Shown here in pieces: positions 59,573-64,000 of a stretch of DNA of 64,000 nt. Within the stretch, counting starts at the first letter, position 1; each line of letters begins with the position of its first letter. Source of the DNA: Thermoplasmata archaeon (lineage in GTDB: Archaea; Thermoplasmatota; Thermoplasmata; Sysuiplasmatales; Sysuiplasmataceae); contig JAKAVR010000001.1 in the NCBI GenBank assembly GCA_021817225.1, forward strand, positions 72,002 to 136,001, given 5' to 3'. The position numbers and the translations under genes were made by a program. The notes beneath the pieces were generated by a model. It ran no database searches. It was given only the letters and a program-made list of their open reading frames with translations, and was not told the DNA's origin.

Positions 59573-60649
59573 GTGGTTTGGATGATCGAGGAGCAATTCA
59601 CAAAAGTAAAGGCAATGGTCTTCCCCAGGATGGTTCTTGCCGGCCATGGTGTGATCAGGAAGGTGGGAGATGTTGTCGTCGAACTGAAGCTGGGCAGAAA
59701 GGCATTGCTCGTCACGGGCGGAAGAACATCTGCAATAGCGGGCCGAAGAGTCGCCAGACTGCTGGAGAAATCATCGAAGACGGTGCGAATCGAACTCAGC
59801 GGCCAGGCCACCAAATCAAACCTTGATTTGCTTGTGGAGAAGGCCAGGGCATTCGCACCCGATGTGGTTCTTGGGGTTGGCGGAGGAAGCAAGATTGATC
59901 TGGCGAAGATGACAGCCAGGATTGTGGGTTCCGAATTTGTGAGCGTTCCCACATCCGCATCGCATGACGGCATATCCTCCCCGAGGGCATCAATAAAGGT
60001 TGACGGCATCAGCTCCTCACTTGAGGGAGCTCCGCCAATTGCGATCATCGCCGACACGCAGGTAATTTCCCGTGCTCCGTACAGGATGCTTGCCGCAGGT
60101 TGCGCCGATGTGCTCAGCAATGCAAGTGCATTGAGGGACTGGGAGATCGCTGTAAAGGCAGGCAGGGAAAGCATGAGCACCACAGCCTACGCCCTGTCGA
60201 GCTATGCAGGCAACTCCATTATGCGCGATGCGGGCCGGATAAGGAAGAACCACGAGACATCGACCTGGCTTGCCGTCAGGCCCATAATTGCATCGGGACT
60301 TGCGATGGGCGTAGCCGGCTCCTCAAGGCCGGCCAGTGGCTCTGAGCATCTGTTCTCACATGCACTGGACTCGATGCAGTCGGGCGGCGCAATGCATGGT
60401 GAGCAGTGTGGCGTCGGGGCTATCATGATGACAGCCTATCAGGGTGGCGACTGGAAGGGAATCAGGGAGGCGCTCAGGAAACTCGGGTGCCCTACAGATG
60501 CCAAGGGCCTTGGAGTAACGCCCGAGACGGTAGTGGAAGCGCTTCTCAGGGCAAGATCGATACGGGAAGACAGGTATACCATACTCGACAGAAAACCATT
60601 CACAAGGCAGTCGGCGATGAGACTTGCCAGGCGGACAATGGTCATCTGA
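59573..60649 (+). CDS. egsA: sn-glycerol-1-phosphate dehydrogenase
   Basis: 358 aa. 'LLVTGG ... LGVGGGSKIDLAKM'. Iron-ADH-like fold; archaeal lipid hallmark. Confidence 0.8.
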   Translation: MVWMIEEQFTKVKAMVFPRMVLAGHGVIRKVGDVVVELKLGRKALLVTGGRTSAIAGRRVARLLEKSSKTVRIELSGQATKSNLDLLVEKARAFAPDVVLGVGGGSKIDLAKMTARIVGSEFVSVPTSASHDGISSPRASIKVDGISSSLEGAPPIAIIADTQVISRAPYRMLAAGCADVLSNASALRDWEIAVKAGRESMSTTAYALSSYAGNSIMRDAGRIRKNHETSTWLAVRPIIASGLAMGVAGSSRPASGSEHLFSHALDSMQSGGAMHGEQCGVGAIMMTAYQGGDWKGIREALRKLGCPTDAKGLGVTPETVVEALLRARSIREDRYTILDRKPFTRQSAMRLARRTMVI

Positions 60650-60900
60650 CAAGTGCGCCTGCATTCATCATCCCGCGGAAGCGCAGCAGAATTCGAGACA
60701 GCGCTCCCGGACACCGTCTCATTCTCAGGTTGGATTGCTGACAAATAAACCGCGAGCGCATGCCCGCGATTTCGATCGTGGGATGAAGTCAGGCCATGTG
60801 TGCCCGGGTTGAGTTACGAAGACACATTCATGTATTCGAGAAGCAATAGCCAGTTCCATGTCACGATCATTCTATCTGATTTCGAAAGGAGCTGGTTTTT

Positions 60901-61323
60901 GTGGCAGGCATCACACTGATAGGAGAGCATATAGCAAGGGTAGGTACGCAGTTTGTCTTCAACGGCGGTGCACCTGAGTGCAGGGAGTGCAAACTCAAGA
61001 TCGCGTGTCTTAATCTCGAACCCGGTCAGCACTACAGGGTAGTCGAGGTAAGGCCAAAGCATCATGACGAATGCGTCATACACGAACAGGGAGTGCGCAT
61101 TGTCAGGGTGGAGGAAATACAGAGTCGGATTGCAGTAAGGCGCAGGCAGGCGTTCGAGGGTTCAATCATAACACCCGACGAGAGGAAGTGCCACGTGAAA
61201 AGCTGCCCCAATTACAGGCTGTGCTTCCCGCTTGGTGCAAAGAGGGGAAAATACAAGGTGCTCAAGGACCTCGGGTCCGTCCAGTGCGCCATAGGCGAGG
61301 ATCTCCGCCTGATAGAGGTATGA
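60901..61323 (+). CDS. UPF0179-family conserved archaeal protein
   Basis: 140 aa, Cys-rich ('ECRECKLKIACLNLEPGQHYRVVEV ... CHVKSCPNYRLC'). Confidence 0.45.
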   Translation: MAGITLIGEHIARVGTQFVFNGGAPECRECKLKIACLNLEPGQHYRVVEVRPKHHDECVIHEQGVRIVRVEEIQSRIAVRRRQAFEGSIITPDERKCHVKSCPNYRLCFPLGAKRGKYKVLKDLGSVQCAIGEDLRLIEV

Positions 61324-61340
61324 AAGCACCGGGCGGCAGG

Positions 61341-62537
61341 TCACTGCAGCATTTCGACAAGGACCTTTTCGCCGTTGCGTACTGCAATGCCGCTTGGCTG
61401 CATCACAATTCCATCCGCTTCAGAGATGCTCGTGATCGCACCCGATTCCTTGAAAACGGGATAGCATTTCTCGCCCTCGAGTCTGACGGGCAGCAGGTGG
61501 GCCATGTGCTCATCCGCTCTCTCTGCGCCGCAATACCGGGCAGCAACAATTCGATGGGCGCGAATCTCTGGAATGCCTGCCATCTTTCTTACCGAAGGTC
61601 CAACAAGATAGTGGGCGCCGAGGAAGGATGAGACCGGATGCCCGGCAAGCCCGAATACAGGCTTTCGCTTCACGACGCCCAGCATTGTCGGTCTCCCCGG
61701 CCTTATCCGTACCCCGTGGAAGAGAAGTCTGCCTTCCTCCCTGATTACGCCCGAAACAAAATCCCTCTGCCCGACGGAGCTGCCGCTGGCAAACACACAT
61801 GCATCATACTTCAGCGCATTGCGCAGGGACGACCTTATGGATTCCCTGTCATCCGCTGCCGGCGGAAGCATTATCGCGCTTCCACCTGCTCTCTCTATCA
61901 CAGAAGAGATTGTGTGAGAATTGACATCGTATATCTGTCCCCTGCCAGCCTTTTTCCCGAGGGGCGCTATCTCATCTCCCCCCGGTATCACTGCAACAAC
62001 CGGTTTTCTGGTGACAGCAACATGTGTCATGCCCTGAGAGGCAAGCGCTCCTAACAGACCTGTCGTCAAGACACTCTCTCTTTCAGCTATGACTGCACCT
62101 TTCTTTATGTCAACGCCCTTTTTCGAGACTTCCTCCCATCTCTGAATGCGGCGCCTGAATGAAATCATTCCTTCCGCTTCGTCTGTGTGCTCGAACATGA
62201 CTGACGCATCTGTGCCTTCGGGCATTGGCGCCCCCGTGGCAATCCTGACGCACTTACCCCTTCCGACCCTTCCCTTGAAGAACGTTCCTGCCCTTGCTTC
62301 CCCTATAACCCTTAACCTGCTCTCTCCGTCTGATGTGTCTCCGCTCCTCAGTGCGAAACCGTCAACGGTCGATCTGTTCCATGGAGGCACATCCACCTTG
62401 CCTTTCACAGTGGCAGAAATCACCCTCCCCCAGGCGCTGTCCAGAGCAACCCGCTCAACTCCTCTGACACGGACTGAATTTGCGATCGATGCACTGACTG
62501 CTTCCTCGAGCGTCCTGTAGTTCCACCTGCTGCTCAT
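61341..62537 (-). CDS. moeA: molybdopterin molybdenumtransferase
   Basis: 398 aa. 'IATGAPMPEGTDA', 'FASGSSVGQRDF'. Confidence 0.85.
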   Translation of the reverse strand: MSSRWNYRTLEEAVSASIANSVRVRGVERVALDSAWGRVISATVKGKVDVPPWNRSTVDGFALRSGDTSDGESRLRVIGEARAGTFFKGRVGRGKCVRIATGAPMPEGTDASVMFEHTDEAEGMISFRRRIQRWEEVSKKGVDIKKGAVIAERESVLTTGLLGALASQGMTHVAVTRKPVVAVIPGGDEIAPLGKKAGRGQIYDVNSHTISSVIERAGGSAIMLPPAADDRESIRSSLRNALKYDACVFASGSSVGQRDFVSGVIREEGRLLFHGVRIRPGRPTMLGVVKRKPVFGLAGHPVSSFLGAHYLVGPSVRKMAGIPEIRAHRIVAARYCGAERADEHMAHLLPVRLEGEKCYPVFKESGAITSISEADGIVMQPSGIAVRNGEKVLVEMLQ

Positions 62538-63020
62538 CTGTTCACTTCTCTGACAATGTGTCTGATTTCAGGCAGAATGATTCTTTCTGTCGCCAGTCTT
62601 GCTGCTTCAGGGGAACCGGGAAGGCAGAACACAATTTTCCTGCTTATCACACCCGCAATAGCCCTTGACATTACAGCAGCAGTCCCTATTTCCTTGTAGC
62701 TGAGGTATCTGAAAACCTCTCCAAAACCGTCCAGCACCTTGTCCATCAGCGGCCGGAGTGTTTCGTATGTCACATCCCTTGATGTTATTCCTGTCCCGCC
62801 GGTGAAAACGATTGCGTCGCTACCCTTCTCGATTGACTCCTTCAGCGCAGTGAGTATCTGTGACGGCTCGTCCCTGACAATGCTTCTTGCCGCAACCGCA
62901 TGCCCCTCCCCCCTGACAAGTCCTTCAATCACATCCCCGGAAGAATCAGTTTTAGCATGCCTGCTGTCACTGACGGTGACAATGCCGAAGGTGATTTTCC
63001 GAGGGGAGGTTTCCCTGTGC
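62534..63020 (-). CDS. moaB: molybdenum cofactor biosynthesis protein B (MogA/MoaB)
   Basis: 'ITFGIVTVSDS', 'VFTGGTGITSRD'. The start was trimmed to avoid overlap with moaC. Confidence 0.8.
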
Positions 63021-63035
63021 TCATGGACCGCCAAA

Positions 63036-63497
63036 CTATCCCGCCTTTTTCTTCCTGACCACCGATATGCCACCGATAAGCGTCGACGGATATTGTCCGC
63101 CTTCGTCCTTCTCCGTCTTCTTGACCATGTCCCAAACTGTAAGCAGTGCAACGCTCACAGCCGTCAGTGCCTCCATTTCAACACCCGTCTTCCAGTCTGC
63201 CTCTACCCTGCATGTGCATGACACGCTGCCCCCCTTAATCCCGAGTTTCACATCAACAACATTCAAAGGTATCTGGTGGCAAAGGGGTATGAGTTCCGAG
63301 GTCCTCTTCGCTGCATTTATGCCTGCAATCTCGGCGACTGCCAGCACATCCCCCTTCGCGCTCCCGTCCCTTATGGCCCTGATGCTTTTTCCGCTCAGGC
63401 TGATGCTGCCCTCCGCGACTGCAATCCTGTGCACTGATTTCTTTGGTGTTATGTCCACCATTGAGATCTCAGGCATCAGTTTCTTTCTGACTGCCAC
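63036..63497 (-). CDS. moaC: cyclic pyranopterin monophosphate synthase accessory protein
   Basis: 'ELIPLCHQIPL', 'GVEMEALTAVSVALLTVWDM'. Confidence 0.85.
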   Translation of the reverse strand: MAVRKKLMPEISMVDITPKKSVHRIAVAEGSISLSGKSIRAIRDGSAKGDVLAVAEIAGINAAKRTSELIPLCHQIPLNVVDVKLGIKGGSVSCTCRVEADWKTGVEMEALTAVSVALLTVWDMVKKTEKDEGGQYPSTLIGGISVVRKKKAG

Positions 63498-63886
63498 TGT
63501 GTCCTCTCCCCGATATCCTTCTTCCAGATAGGTACTTCCTGCTTAATCCTCTCGATTATATCGGCACATCCTCCAAACGCATTCTTCCTCCGCTCGGAGG
63601 ATACAGCGACAACAACGCTCAGCTCGCCTGCTGGCACGTCTCCCACCCTGTGCAGCACCGTGGCATCTGTCAGCTTCCATTTTTCAACAGATTCTGAGAC
63701 AATCTCCGCCATTCTCTTTGTTGCCATCTCCGGATAGTGCTCGTAGTGCAGCTTTTCTATCCTGTCCTTCCCTTCCCACGGTCTCACGGCGCCGGAGAAC
63801 ACTACCACAGCTCCAGAATCAACTTTGCTCAGTCGTGCCATCGCCTGTTCCACATCTATCTTCTTTTCTGTAACTTCTATGTGCAT
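63476..63886 (-). CDS. moaE: molybdopterin synthase catalytic subunit
   Basis: 136 aa with an 'HYEHYPEM' region typical of MoaE. Confidence 0.75.
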   Translation of the reverse strand: MHIEVTEKKIDVEQAMARLSKVDSGAVVVFSGAVRPWEGKDRIEKLHYEHYPEMATKRMAEIVSESVEKWKLTDATVLHRVGDVPAGELSVVVAVSSERRKNAFGGCADIIERIKQEVPIWKKDIGERTQWQSERN

Positions 63887-64000
63887 TATCCACCACTCAC
63901 CGGCGGCAGCGCGGCCACCCTGTCGCCTGCCTTGAAAATGTAAATGTCCCTTGCGATTGTCTCATTCACCGCGAACATGGTGCTGCCCATTCGTCCGGAG
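63887..64000 (-). CDS. moaD: MoaD/ThiS-type sulfur carrier (3' end only; gene continues beyond the window)
   Basis: The minus-strand frame ends '...ARDIYIFKAGDRVAALPPVSGG*', i.e. a C-terminal Gly-Gly. Immediately upstream of moaE. Confidence 0.6.

Noticed and set aside
59566-60183. 205-aa minus-strand ORF
   Set aside because: It lies entirely antisense to the well-supported G1P dehydrogenase gene and has an Ala/Ser-rich unnatural composition.

Overview
This is an archaeal chromosomal window. Core markers are TFB, TBP, Gar1, EndA, Spt5, SecE, ribosomal proteins L11/L1/P0/P1, two FtsZ paralogues, aEF-1beta, PriL, G1P dehydrogenase and a moa operon. Lineage is uncertain; the single-subunit EndA and the FtsZ pair suggest a euryarchaeal or Thermoplasmata-like organism. 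The first ~14.4 kb is an integrated mobile element. A tyrosine integrase gene runs with its 3' end into a tRNA-Gly(CCC) gene. The element carries a defence island made of a Dcm C5-methyltransferase, Vsr, an HATPase, a Z1 P-loop NTPase, a PD-(D/E)XK protein and AIPR. That island is interrupted by an AT-rich two-gene cassette of unknown function, a 4-TM membrane protein plus a 335-aa protein, which is my best candidate for an undescribed system. The rest is mostly housekeeping: 2-oxoacid:ferredoxin oxidoreductase, the secE-spt5-L11-L1-P0-P1 cluster, ilvE, truA, an FAD/FeS oxidase, ribA, deoxyhypusine synthase, thioredoxin and glycosyltransferases. Other points of note are a tRNA-Lys(UUU) that appears to carry two non-canonical introns (D-arm and T-loop), an in-frame N-terminal extension on Spt5, a second degenerate recombinase remnant next to a GC-rich ORF-less ~1 kb stretch that may be an ncRNA, and a three-gene operon (391 aa, 510 aa, glycosylated membrane Zn-ribbon protein) of unknown function next to glycosylation genes. 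All calls rest on motif recognition by eye; no searches were run. The ORF caller labels GTG/TTG starts as M, so exact start codons are uncertain.
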